Source: an uncultured Frankiaceae bacterium (lineage in GTDB: Bacteria > Actinomycetota > Actinomycetes > JAFAQI01). From it: a stretch of DNA of 41,498 nucleotides. The stretch spans positions 1-41,498 of the forward strand of contig CAZEAM010000138.1 of NCBI GenBank assembly GCA_964510285.1. The letters run 5' to 3'. Position numbers and translations under genes: made by a program. The notes under the pieces are model-generated. The model made no database searches and was not told where the DNA came from. It saw only the letters and a list, made by a program, of their open reading frames with translations. Shown piece after piece: positions 24,313-33,147 of this stretch (the first letter of the stretch is position 1; each line of letters opens with the position of its first letter).

Positions 24313-24981
24313 GTGACCGAACCACCGACCGGCGGGCAGCCGCCGGAGCCTGCTGGACCGCCGAGCTACCAGGTCCCGCCGCCGGGCGAGAGCGCTGCGC
24401 CGCCCGTGCCGCCCCCGCCCCCTGCGCCGCCGGTTCCGCCACCTCCTCCGCCGCCCGTGGCAATGCCGCCGCCACCCCCGCCTCCGGGCTACGCGATGGC
24501 TCCTCCGGCAGGCGGTGTGGTGGGCAAGGTCGTCCGGACCAGCGCCGAGGGGTTCTGGTACACCTTGTTCTGCATCTTCTTCGGCGCGGCGTACCTAGCG
24601 AAGGTGCCGGGCAAGAAGGCGCTCAACGACGCGGGTCATGCGCAGATGACTGGTGCCGAGAAGTTCTGGTACGTCGTCGAATGCCTGATGTTCGGCGGCG
24701 GGTACTTCGCGAAGGTCTCCGCGAAGAAGGCGATGAGCGAGGTCGGCATCGCGCAGATGACCGAAGGTGAGCAGACCTGGTACACGATCCTCTGCATTGC
24801 CTGCGGCGCGGGCTACTTCGGCAAGGTGCCGTGGAAGAAGGCGTTCAACGAGATGGGGATGACGCCGCTCACGGGCGCGGAGAACTTCTGGTACGTAATC
24901 CTGTGTCTGAGCTACGGCAACGGCTACTTCCAGAAGACCTTCCACAAGAAGGCGCTCAGCGAGTCGCCGCACTTCCAGTAG
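24313..24981 (+). CDS. hypothetical protein: polyproline N-terminus plus 4 x 37-aa aromatic/Cys repeats
   Basis: 222-aa ORF (GTG start, AAGGGGGG SD). Residues 4-66 are Pro-rich. The W-Y dipeptide falls at residues 82, 119, 156 and 193, an exact 37-aa (111-bp) period. GC3-rich frame. I do not recognise the family. Confidence 0.7.
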   Translation: MTEPPTGGQPPEPAGPPSYQVPPPGESAAPPVPPPPPAPPVPPPPPPPVAMPPPPPPPGYAMAPPAGGVVGKVVRTSAEGFWYTLFCIFFGAAYLAKVPGKKALNDAGHAQMTGAEKFWYVVECLMFGGGYFAKVSAKKAMSEVGIAQMTEGEQTWYTILCIACGAGYFGKVPWKKAFNEMGMTPLTGAENFWYVILCLSYGNGYFQKTFHKKALSESPHFQ

Positions 24982-25015
24982 CGGCTTCGGACGCGAGTGG
25001 CGCGACCGCGATCAC

Positions 25016-25077
25016 CGCGAACTTGCACTTTCATCCCGTTTTGCGCTGAGAAACGGTAGCAATTCGCAAGTTCGGCG
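25016..25077. repeat. 62-bp palindromic intergenic element, copy 1 (CGCGAACTTGCAC...CCCGTTT..AAACGG...GCAAGTTCGGCG)
   Basis: Outer 9-10 bp and inner 6-7 bp stems read directly. Lies 35 nt after the stop at 24981. Confidence 0.8.
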
Positions 25078-25092
25078 GACTAGCAAGTCCTG

Positions 25093-25107
25093 ATTCGACA
25101 GTCGAAT
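25093..25107. promoter_or_regulatory. perfect 15-bp palindrome ATTCGAC-A-GTCGAAT (candidate operator)
   Basis: Read directly, 35 bp upstream of ATG 25142. TAGCGT (25130..25135, TANNNT) ends 6 nt before the ATG. Confidence 0.3.
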
Positions 25108-25141
25108 ATTGCGCCACGTCGGGCGGGTCTAGCGTTAGGTC

Positions 25142-26014
25142 ATGGATCTTGGCGTACATGTTTCGCAGTTCACCTGGCCGGGCGGGCCGGAGCAGCTCGC
25201 CGCCGACCTGACCAACGTGGCTACCGAAGCCGACAGCCTCGGCTTCACGAAGCTGTCCGTGATGGACCACGTCTTCCAGATCATGGTGCTCGGCCCGCCC
25301 GAGCACGAGATGCTCGAGGCCTACACCACCCTCGGCTACCTGGCGGCGCGCACCCAGCGGATCAAGCTGCTCGCCTGGGTGACGGCGACGGTCTACCGCT
25401 CGCCGGGACTGCTCGCGAAGGCGGTGACGACCCTCGACGTGCTCTCCGGCGGTCGCGCCTACCTCGGCATCGGCGCGGCGTGGAACGAGGAGGAGTCCAA
25501 GGGCCTCGGCCTGCACTTCCCGCCGACCGCTGAGCGCTTCGAACGGCTCGAGGAGACGCTGCAGATCTGCCTGCAGATGTGGAGCGACAACGACGGGCCG
25601 TTCAACGGCAAGCACTACCAGCTCGATCGCACCCTCAACTCGCCGCAGGCGCTGTCCAAGCCCCACCCGCCGATCCTGATCGGGGGCGGGGGCGAGAAGA
25701 AGACGCTGCGCCTCGTCGCGCAGTACGCCGACGCGTGCAACCTGTTCGCCGGCCCCGACGCCAGCCACAAGCTCGACGTACTCCGCCAGCACTGCGCCGA
25801 CCTCGGCCGCGACTACGACACGATCGAGAAGACCGTCATGGGTCCCCTCGATCCCGGCAAGGACGGCGAGAACGTCGACTCGCTGCTCGAGTCGATGCGC
25901 AAGCTTCACGATCTCGGCTTCACCCACTACCACGGCACGGTGCCGAACGTTTCCTCCATCAGGCCGCTCGAGATCCTCGCCGAACGCGTCATGCCCGAGG
26001 CCGCCAAGTTCTGA
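25142..26014 (+). CDS. LLM-class F420-dependent oxidoreductase (TIGR03560-like)
   Basis: 290-aa ORF MDLGVHVSQFTWPGG...LGFTKLSVMDHVFQ...LEAYTTLGYLAARTQRIKL...LSGGRAYLGIGAAWNEEE. Confidence 0.85.
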   Translation: MDLGVHVSQFTWPGGPEQLAADLTNVATEADSLGFTKLSVMDHVFQIMVLGPPEHEMLEAYTTLGYLAARTQRIKLLAWVTATVYRSPGLLAKAVTTLDVLSGGRAYLGIGAAWNEEESKGLGLHFPPTAERFERLEETLQICLQMWSDNDGPFNGKHYQLDRTLNSPQALSKPHPPILIGGGGEKKTLRLVAQYADACNLFAGPDASHKLDVLRQHCADLGRDYDTIEKTVMGPLDPGKDGENVDSLLESMRKLHDLGFTHYHGTVPNVSSIRPLEILAERVMPEAAKF

Positions 26015-26080
26015 ACCTGCGGAACCGCCGCTCGTCGGCTGGCGTCCAACCTGCGATCGTTACCGAGGGGGAGGTACGCC

Positions 26081-26590
26081 ATGCGCGGTATCCAGGTGTC
26101 CACAGTCGTCATCTCTGCCGCGATGGCGGCGCTGGCCGGAATGCCACACGCGCTCGCCACTGATGCGCCATCAGTCCTGACTGGCGGCGGACACGGCAGG
26201 TTTCACGTCAGACCGAACAACCTCCCCGACACCGGTACACAGCGGATCGTTCGCGGTCACGGGCACTTCTCGATCGGCGCCGCCAAGATCCGCGGCGTGG
26301 TCAGCGCGCCGGGCTTCGTCCGCGAAGGATCGTGCGGCGTGTCGCTGCGCCTGGCTACCGACACCGGGACGCTCAAGATCGTGGGCCACAGTCAGGTGCG
26401 CTCACGCGACGGGGACCAGCCGATCTGCGACGGGCACGACTTCCGGTTCCGCTTCCACACCGCGAATGCGAGGGGGGCCCTAGCCGAAGCCGACTACCGG
26501 GGTGTCGGGATCCTCGACCTCGAGGACGCATCGAACGAAGCGGTCGACCGCGGAACGTTCAAGGTCCTGCTCCGGGTACCGCGCGACTAA
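26081..26590 (+). CDS. secreted hypothetical protein
   Basis: 169-aa ORF with signal peptide MRGIQVSTVVISAAMAALAGMPHALA and a GGGGGAGG SD. Third-position GC is visibly lower than in neighbouring genes. No family recognised. Confidence 0.6.
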   Translation: MRGIQVSTVVISAAMAALAGMPHALATDAPSVLTGGGHGRFHVRPNNLPDTGTQRIVRGHGHFSIGAAKIRGVVSAPGFVREGSCGVSLRLATDTGTLKIVGHSQVRSRDGDQPICDGHDFRFRFHTANARGALAEADYRGVGILDLEDASNEAVDRGTFKVLLRVPRD

Positions 26591-26644
26591 CCGAAGGTTG
26601 GCCGTGGTTGCGACCGCGATAGCCCGTGCACGCCGACAGGCTCG

Positions 26645-27388
26645 TCAGCCGGCGGTGATGCCGTTGTCGCTGGAGATGATCGCACCGTGGATGTTTTTCG
26701 CCTCGTCGGAGGCGAGGAAGCAGAACAACGCGGCGATGTCCTCCGGCTTGGCGAAGCCGCGCGGGCTCGTGTAGCGGCCGATCAGATCCCAGTCGACGTC
26801 GTCAGGCATCTGGAAGCCACGGATCAGGGCGGTGTCCGTGCCGCCGGGCGCGATCGCCACCACCCGCAGCGGTTTCTTCAGGTACTCCATCGCGAGTGAC
26901 TTGGTCAGCTGTACGACGGCGCCCTTCGTCATCGTGTACACGACCGAGAACGCCTGTCCCATGAGACCAGCGTTCGACGCGATGTTGATCACTACGCCCT
27001 TCGTCTCGAGCAGGTGGGGGATCGCTGCCTGGGCCATGAAGAAGTAGGCGTCGACGTTGACCGCGAACATCTGCCGGTAGGCCGCTTCGGTGACGTCGGT
27101 GAAGTGCTCGTTACGCCCGATGCCGGCGATGTTGCCGAGGATGTCGAGCCGTCCGTGCCGACCGACCGCTTCGGAGACCGCCGCCTGGCACTCGGTGACG
27201 ACCGTGAGATCAGTCGGTCGGATCACCACGTTGTCACCGCCGAGCTCGGCGGTCTCCTTGAGCCGCCTCTCGTCGATGTCGAGCGCGAAGACTGTGGCGC
27301 CCTCGGCCGCGAGTCGCAAGGTCGTCGCCCGGCCGATGCCCGAGCCGGCGCCGGTGATGATCGCCGTCTTCCCCTCGAACCGCGTCAT
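26645..27388 (-). CDS. short-chain dehydrogenase/reductase (SDR)
   Basis: Internal ATG 27388 of ORF 26645..27544 (MTRFEGKTAIITGAGSGIGRA), with the YTMTKGAV (YxxxK) motif. The ATG overlaps the upstream thioesterase stop (ATGA). Confidence 0.9.
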   Translation of the reverse strand: MTRFEGKTAIITGAGSGIGRATTLRLAAEGATVFALDIDERRLKETAELGGDNVVIRPTDLTVVTECQAAVSEAVGRHGRLDILGNIAGIGRNEHFTDVTEAAYRQMFAVNVDAYFFMAQAAIPHLLETKGVVINIASNAGLMGQAFSVVYTMTKGAVVQLTKSLAMEYLKKPLRVVAIAPGGTDTALIRGFQMPDDVDWDLIGRYTSPRGFAKPEDIAALFCFLASDEAKNIHGAIISSDNGITAG

Positions 27389-28065
27389 TCCGTGGTCCCT
27401 CCCGCCGGCTGTCCGAAGATGCCGAGATAGTCCTGGCCCGGGCGCGGCGCGATGAACAGCCCGTGCGCCTCGCTGATCAACACGCCGTCGAGGTGGCAGG
27501 TGCCGCGAATCCAGCGTTTGCGTCCCTCGATCGACTCGATCCAACCGCGCAGCTCGAGCTCGCGGTTCAACGGGGTCGGCTTGCGGTAGTCGACGTGCAG
27601 GAACGCGGTGAACCCGGGCTGGAGCTGGACGAACCCGAGCAGCTCGTCGAACATCGCCGCGACGAAGCCCCCATGACAGTGGCCGGGCGGGCCTTCGTAC
27701 GCCGGGCCGAAGGTAACGCTGGCTTCGACGTGGTAGTCGTCCGGTCCGTCATCGACGACCCACATTGAAAGCGGCGGCGCGATCGGGTTGGCCATCCCGG
27801 ACAGTGGGCTGTGGTTGACGAAGTCGCGCGGCTGCAAGCCGGCTTCGCTGATCTCCCACGATTTCGACCGCTGGGGCAGGTCCTCGAGGGTGTCCGCGAA
27901 CTGGTTCGCCGCCTCGGCGGCTCGGTCGAGCTGCTCGGCGGGTGGCCGTACGACGACGAGCTTGGCGATGATCCGGCGCATCGCGTCGGCGAGCCGTTGG
28001 GCGGCCGCCTTGTCCTCGTCGAGCTGCTGCTCGCTGTCAGCGCCGCGGTGCACGTCCTCTGACAA
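27385..28065 (-). CDS. PaaI-family hotdog-fold thioesterase
   Basis: 226-aa ORF. The C-terminal half has GPPGHCHGGFVAAMFDELLG, typical of PaaI/DUF4442-type hotdog proteins, preceded by a long acidic N-terminal extension. Confidence 0.75.
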   Translation of the reverse strand: MSEDVHRGADSEQQLDEDKAAAQRLADAMRRIIAKLVVVRPPAEQLDRAAEAANQFADTLEDLPQRSKSWEISEAGLQPRDFVNHSPLSGMANPIAPPLSMWVVDDGPDDYHVEASVTFGPAYEGPPGHCHGGFVAAMFDELLGFVQLQPGFTAFLHVDYRKPTPLNRELELRGWIESIEGRKRWIRGTCHLDGVLISEAHGLFIAPRPGQDYLGIFGQPAGGTTE

Positions 28066-28069
28066 TGTC

Positions 28070-28876
28070 TCAGTCCTTGAAGTCCGGCGGGCGCTTGTCT
28101 TTGCGCGCCGTGATCGCCTCTTCGAAGTTACGTGTCGTGAGGCGGACGTAGAGCTGGGAGAGCCCTTCGTTGCGCATGTGCCCTGAAAGGCTTCCGCCGT
28201 CCAGGCTGGCCGCGAGCATGCGTTTGGTCAGCTCGATGCCCGGCCGGCTGAACCCGGTGATGCGCTCGGCGACGTCGTAGCAGGTGGCCAGCAGCTCGCC
28301 GTCGGGTGCCGTGTGGGATGCGAGCCCGATCGCCTTGGCCTCGGCGGCGTCGACGTCGCGACCGGTCAGCATGATGTCGGCCGCGCGCACCGCGCCGACG
28401 GCTCGCGGCAGCAGATATGACAGGCCCAGCTCGGTGGCGGTCAGCCCGTTGTTGATCCCCGCGGCCCGGAAGTACGCCGACTCGCCTGCTACGACCAGGT
28501 CACAGGCGAGGGCGAGACAGAAACCACCGCCGATCGCCGGGCCATTGACCGCGGCGATCACCGGTTGGTGCATCGTCCGCACCGTCGTGATGACCCGTTC
28601 GAGCAGCTCCATCGACCGCAGCGCGATGGTCGGCAGGGTGAGCCCCTCGATGTCCGGAACCCGGCCGGGGTTCTCCAGATCGGCACCGGAGCAGAACGCG
28701 CCGCCCGCGCCGGTCAGCACGACGGCGCGGATGTCGTTGTCCGCGCTGATCCGTTCCAGTTCCTCGCGCAGCGGGATCATCACGTCGAACGCCATCGCGT
28801 TCATCCGGTCGGGCCGGTTCAGCGTGACGAGGGCGACGTGCGGGCGCGGCCGCTCGACCGAGACGAAGTCGGTCAT
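28070..28876 (-). CDS. enoyl-CoA hydratase/isomerase
   Basis: Internal ATG 28876 of ORF 28070..29020 (MTDFVSVERPRPHVALVTLNRPDRMNAM...VVLTGAGGAFCSGADL). Confidence 0.9.
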   Translation of the reverse strand: MTDFVSVERPRPHVALVTLNRPDRMNAMAFDVMIPLREELERISADNDIRAVVLTGAGGAFCSGADLENPGRVPDIEGLTLPTIALRSMELLERVITTVRTMHQPVIAAVNGPAIGGGFCLALACDLVVAGESAYFRAAGINNGLTATELGLSYLLPRAVGAVRAADIMLTGRDVDAAEAKAIGLASHTAPDGELLATCYDVAERITGFSRPGIELTKRMLAASLDGGSLSGHMRNEGLSQLYVRLTTRNFEEAITARKDKRPPDFKD

Positions 28877-28893
28877 CAGGTGGTCGTCACCGC

Positions 28894-29349
28894 TCAGCCG
28901 CTGAGCGGGGTGTCGGTCAGACCGACCACGGAGTAGCACCGGGTTGCGGCGCGGGAGGCGAACCGCCATCCGTCGGCGGTCTCGACGAACTCGTCGTCGT
29001 ACCAGAGCCCGATCAGCCATGCCTGCTGGGTGCCGTCCTTCTGGTCCATGACCATCGGGTTGTGGCAGGAGGTGCGGGCCGTCGCGGTATGTGCGTTGAG
29101 CGTGATTAACGGGAGCCCCATCATGTGCTGGGTTCGCGCGAACAGCGCGAGGTTGCCCTTGAGGAACTCCTTCATCTCGGCGAGGCCGGCGTTGGGACCG
29201 CCGAAGCTCGAGAAGTCGAGGTGGGCGTCGGCCGTGAACAGGTGGTCCAGCGCATCGAGATCCCCGCTGTCCACCAGCGCCGGATAGGTGGCGATCAGGT
29301 TCTGGATCGCGAGCGTGTCGGCGACCGCCTCGAGGTTGATGTGCGCCAC
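28894..29349 (-). CDS. NTF2-like (SnoaL_4) family protein
   Basis: Track ORF 28894..29388. I prefer GTG 29349 (VAHINLEAVADTLAIQNLIATYPALVDSGDLDALDHLFT), 2 nt after the upstream stop. ATG 29388 would overlap the synthetase by 37 nt. Confidence 0.7.
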   Translation of the reverse strand: MAHINLEAVADTLAIQNLIATYPALVDSGDLDALDHLFTADAHLDFSSFGGPNAGLAEMKEFLKGNLALFARTQHMMGLPLITLNAHTATARTSCHNPMVMDQKDGTQQAWLIGLWYDDEFVETADGWRFASRAATRCYSVVGLTDTPLSG

Positions 29350-29351
29350 GT

Positions 29352-30974
29352 CTAGTTCCCCTCTGTCATCGCGATCTTCTTGGCCCACGCGTAGTCGGGC
29401 TTGCCCGCCGGCGTTCGTTCGACCTTGTCGACGAGCACGAGGGCCCGCGGCAGCTTGTAGCCGGCGAGGGACTCGCGAGCGTGTTGTTGCAGCGCATCGA
29501 GCGTCGCAGCCTGGCCTCGGGCGGCGGCGACGACTGCCACGACCTGCTCACCCCATCGCTCGTCCGGTACGCCGACCACGACGACGTCGGCTACCGCGTC
29601 ATTCGTCATCAGTACCGCCTCGACCTCTTCGGGGTAGACCTTCTCTCCGCCGGTGTTGATCGAGGTGGACCCGCGGCCGAGCAGTACGACGGTGCCGTCC
29701 TCGGCGACGGTGGCGTTGTCGCCGGGCAACACCCACCGCTCCCCGTCGATGACGAGGAAGGTCGCCCGGGTCTTCGCCTCGTCCTTGTAGTAGCCGATCG
29801 GCACGAAGCCCTTGCGGGCCAGCCTGCCAACTTGGCCGGATCCGGGCTGCACCGGCTTGCCGGCGTCATCGAGTACCTGGGTCTGTGCGTTGACGGTGAA
29901 CGTCGGCTCGGTTGTCGTGTCGCCGGTGACGTGCAGCTTGCTGCCGACGATGCCGGTTTCCGAGGAGCCGAACCCGTCGACCACCATGAGTGACGGGAGC
30001 AGCTCGGTCAGTCTGGCTTTGGCTCGCGTCGACAGGCGCGCCCCCCCGGATCCAATGACGATCAGTGACGACGCGTCGAACGGATGCCCGCTGTCGCGCG
30101 CCGCTGCAAACGCGTCGGCGAGCGGACGTGCCATCGCGTCCCCGACGATCGTGAGGATGTTGACGCGCTCCGTCGCGACGAGGCTCCAGATCCCGTCGGC
30201 GTCGAACGGCCCTTGAGGCGGGAACACGACGCGACCACCGGCGAACAGCGAATGGAAGACGCCCCACTGCGCGCTCACGTGCATGAGCGGTGGCGTGGTG
30301 AGGATCGTTCCGCCGGTCTCGGGAATCCGCTCGACGAGCTCTTCGGGCGTTGCGATGAAGTTGCCCGACTGGAAGACGTCGCCCCCGCCCATGGCTGCGA
30401 AGAAGATGTCCTCCTGCCGCCACACGACGCCCTTGGGTAGGCCCGTCGTGCCGCCCGTGTACGCGATGTAGCGGTCGTCGCCGGTGCGTTCCGAACCGTC
30501 CGGTCGGGCCGGGTCCGCGCCGGCCAGCGCGGTCTCGTAGTCGAGAGAGTCGGGCGCGAGCTCGGCACCTGAGTTCTCCGCGACGACGATCAGGTTGCGG
30601 ACGGTCTCTGCCTTCGGAAAGACCGCGGCGACCCGTGGGGCGAACTGCTGGTGGTGGATCACGGCGACCAGGTCGGCATCGTCGTACAGGTGGCGCAGCT
30701 CGCCCTCGACGTACCGGAAGTTGACGTTCACCGGTACCGCGCCGATCTTGAATGCCGCGAGCATCCCCTCGATGTACTCCGACCCGTTGAGCAGCTGCAG
30801 GCCGATGTGCTCGCCGCGTTCGACCCCCAGGTCGGTGAGGGCGTTCGCCAGCCGGTTGGCACGGTCGTCGAGCTGGGCGAAGGTCAGGCGCCGGGCGGGG
30901 GAGACGATGACCTCACGGTCCGGGACAGCGTCAGCGACTCGCTCGAACAGGTCAGCGAGGTTGAAGCCGGACAA
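29352..30974 (-). CDS. AMP-dependent acyl-CoA synthetase
   Basis: 540-aa ORF with a TTG start and GGAGGA 4 nt upstream. Motif YTGGTTGLPKGVVW and N-terminus MSGFNLADLFERVADAVPDREV, typical of long FadD-like ligases. Confidence 0.9.
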   Translation of the reverse strand: MSGFNLADLFERVADAVPDREVIVSPARRLTFAQLDDRANRLANALTDLGVERGEHIGLQLLNGSEYIEGMLAAFKIGAVPVNVNFRYVEGELRHLYDDADLVAVIHHQQFAPRVAAVFPKAETVRNLIVVAENSGAELAPDSLDYETALAGADPARPDGSERTGDDRYIAYTGGTTGLPKGVVWRQEDIFFAAMGGGDVFQSGNFIATPEELVERIPETGGTILTTPPLMHVSAQWGVFHSLFAGGRVVFPPQGPFDADGIWSLVATERVNILTIVGDAMARPLADAFAAARDSGHPFDASSLIVIGSGGARLSTRAKARLTELLPSLMVVDGFGSSETGIVGSKLHVTGDTTTEPTFTVNAQTQVLDDAGKPVQPGSGQVGRLARKGFVPIGYYKDEAKTRATFLVIDGERWVLPGDNATVAEDGTVVLLGRGSTSINTGGEKVYPEEVEAVLMTNDAVADVVVVGVPDERWGEQVVAVVAAARGQAATLDALQQHARESLAGYKLPRALVLVDKVERTPAGKPDYAWAKKIAMTEGN

Positions 30975-31022
30975 CCGATCCTCCGGGACGACAAGGGGGT
31001 GTCCCGGACTATACGGGCGGCG

Positions 31023-31511
31023 CTAGCAGCCAGGGATCTTGGTGCCGCCCGCGCCCAGCTGCACGAGCGTGCAAAACGTCGACTGCGACACCTTCCACCG
31101 GCCGTCCTGCAGCACCGCCTGGCCGGTCGCTTTCGGCAGCAGGACGCTGCCGTGGCTGAGCAGGTTGTAGGTGACGGTCGCGGCGGTGGGGCTCGTGAAG
31201 TCGACGCCGAGGACCTTCGCGTCCTCGGTGATCTTCTGCTTGCGCTGGATCTTGGCGGCCACCTTGATCGCCGCGCCGAGCCGGCTGCCGTTCTCGAGCA
31301 GCTGCGCCGCCGCTTTCGGATCGGTTCCGGTGTGGAAGAAGGTCTGCCACGTCGTGGTGATGGCGGCCGTCGCGGCGGCTTGGTCGGACGGTGCGGTGGC
31401 ACCTGCGTAGTGGTGCTCGGGCGTTGTGCTGGCCGGTCCGCCGCTGCTGCCTCCGCAACCCGCGATGGTGAGAATGGCGGCGACCGCAAGCACCGGGTAA
31501 ACGGTTCTCAT
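31023..31511 (-). CDS. lipoprotein (hypothetical)
   Basis: 162-aa ORF with signal peptide plus lipobox VLAVAAILTIAGC and a Gly/Ser linker. No further family recognised. Confidence 0.7.
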   Translation of the reverse strand: MRTVYPVLAVAAILTIAGCGGSSGGPASTTPEHHYAGATAPSDQAAATAAITTTWQTFFHTGTDPKAAAQLLENGSRLGAAIKVAAKIQRKQKITEDAKVLGVDFTSPTAATVTYNLLSHGSVLLPKATGQAVLQDGRWKVSQSTFCTLVQLGAGGTKIPGC

Positions 31512-31572
31512 GCGCCGAACGTAGCCAGGCGTCGTGATCTCGGGCAGAGGCTAACGACCCCACTCGGGACAA

Positions 31573-31594
31573 ATCTGACGGGTCGTCACATAAT
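31573..31594. promoter_or_regulatory. operator-like palindrome ATCTGACGGGTCGTCACAT overlapping a -10-like CATAAT hexamer
   Basis: One arm mismatch relative to the site at 16378. CATAAT (31589..31594) ends 6 nt before ATG 31601. Confidence 0.55.
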
Positions 31595-31600
31595 GGCGCC

Positions 31601-33049
31601 ATGACCTCATACGACCAGCTGCTGATCGGTGGAAAGTGGGTCGCTCCGTCGACCAGCCAGACCTTCGAGGTGCGTTCGCCCGCGACGCTCGAGGTTGTCG
31701 GCACCGTCCCGGAGGGGGTCGAGGCCGACATCGACGCAGCGGTCGCAGCGGCGCGGCATGCGTTCGACCACGGACCATGGCCGACCACTCCGCCGACCGA
31801 GCGGGCAACGGTGCTCGCGAAGTTCGCCGACCTGCTCGCCGAGCGGATCGAGGACTACAAGTCCGTCATCTCCTCCGAGATGGGCGCGCCGCCCACCACG
31901 GTCGAGATGATGATGTACACCCCGGCCAAGGGCGCGCTCGACGTCTTCACCGGCCTCGCCGAGACCTTCCCCTGGGAGGAGCAGCGCAGCGGCGCTTTCG
32001 GCATCAGCAAGGTGCGCCGCGAGCCGGTCGGCGTGGTGGCCGCGATCATCCCTTGGAACGTGCCGCTGTTCATCGCGGTCAACAAGGTCATCCCGGCGTT
32101 GCTCGCCGGCTGCACCGTCGTCCTGAAGCCCGCGCCCGAGACGCCGATCGACTCGCTGATGCTCGGCGGGCTGCTGGTGGAGGCCGGGCTGCCCGAAGGC
32201 GTGATCTCCGTCGTACCGGCCGACCGTGCGGTCAGCGAGTACCTGGTCACCCATCCCGGCGTCGACAAGGTCTCGTTCACCGGCTCGACGGCGGCTGGCC
32301 GCCGGGTCGGGTCGCTTGCGACGGAGCGGTTGAAGCGGGTCTCGCTCGAGCTCGGCGGCAAGTCCGCGGCGATCCTGCTCGACGATGTCGACCTCGCTTC
32401 GAGCGCGTTCATGATCGCGTTCTCCGGGCTGATGAACTCCGGCCAGGCATGCGTCGCGCAGACCCGCATCCTCGCCCCGCGAAACCGCTACGACGAGATC
32501 ACCGAGGCGATCACCGAGGCGGCCAAGATGTTCGTCGTCGGCGACCCGTCGGACCCCGCCACACAGCTCGGCCCGCTGGTTGCCGAGCGGCAGCGCGACC
32601 GGGTCGAGGGCTACATCGAGAAAGGCAAGGCCGAGGGCGCCCGCCTGGTGCTCGACGGCACCCGGCCCGCAGGCTTGGACACCGGCTGGTACGTCGCACC
32701 GACCGTCTTCGCTGACGTCGACAACAAGATGACGATCGCCCAGGAGGAGATCTTCGGCCCGGTGTTGTCGCTGCTGCCGTACGACACCGAGGAAGAGGCG
32801 GTCGCGATCGCCAACGACAGCGATTTCGGGCTTGCCGGATCGGTGTGGACGCAGGATGTCGACCACGGGTACGAGATCGCGACCAGGGTGCGCACCGGTA
32901 CGTACGGCATCAACTGGTACGCCTTCGACATGGGCTCGCCGTTCGGCGGCTACAAGTGCTCCGGCATCGGCCGCGAGGATGGTCCCGAGGGGCTGGCAGC
33001 CTTCTGTGAGCTCAAGTCGATCCTCATGCCCATGGGCTACACGGGCTGA
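31601..33049 (+). CDS. NAD(P)-dependent aldehyde dehydrogenase
   Basis: 482-aa ORF with LLIGGKWVAP, VSLELGGKSAAILL and NSGQACVAQTR (catalytic Cys). Confidence 0.92.
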   Translation: MTSYDQLLIGGKWVAPSTSQTFEVRSPATLEVVGTVPEGVEADIDAAVAAARHAFDHGPWPTTPPTERATVLAKFADLLAERIEDYKSVISSEMGAPPTTVEMMMYTPAKGALDVFTGLAETFPWEEQRSGAFGISKVRREPVGVVAAIIPWNVPLFIAVNKVIPALLAGCTVVLKPAPETPIDSLMLGGLLVEAGLPEGVISVVPADRAVSEYLVTHPGVDKVSFTGSTAAGRRVGSLATERLKRVSLELGGKSAAILLDDVDLASSAFMIAFSGLMNSGQACVAQTRILAPRNRYDEITEAITEAAKMFVVGDPSDPATQLGPLVAERQRDRVEGYIEKGKAEGARLVLDGTRPAGLDTGWYVAPTVFADVDNKMTIAQEEIFGPVLSLLPYDTEEEAVAIANDSDFGLAGSVWTQDVDHGYEIATRVRTGTYGINWYAFDMGSPFGGYKCSGIGREDGPEGLAAFCELKSILMPMGYTG

Positions 33050-33059
33050 CGTCCTTTCG

Positions 33060-33142
33060 CCGAAGTAGCACACAAAGTCGGCCTGAGCGGGTCCGTGCAC
33101 GCTCGCGCGGGACGCGTTGAGGGCACTTTGTGTGCTACTCCG
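33060..33142. repeat. 84-bp-class element with terminal inverted repeats (CCGAAGTAGCACACAAAGT...ACTTTGTGTGCTACTCCG), copy 2
   Basis: Arms read directly, with one mismatch. Lies 10 nt after the ALDH stop and 5 nt before ATG 33148. Confidence 0.8.
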
Positions 33143-33147
33143 AACAC

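Noticed and set aside
16294-33142. Active mobile element or genomic island (TIR-bearing repeats, fucosidase insertion)
   Set aside because: No transposase, integrase, tRNA attachment site or clear target-site duplication is visible. The elements are too short to be autonomous, so I report them as MITE/REP-like repeats only.
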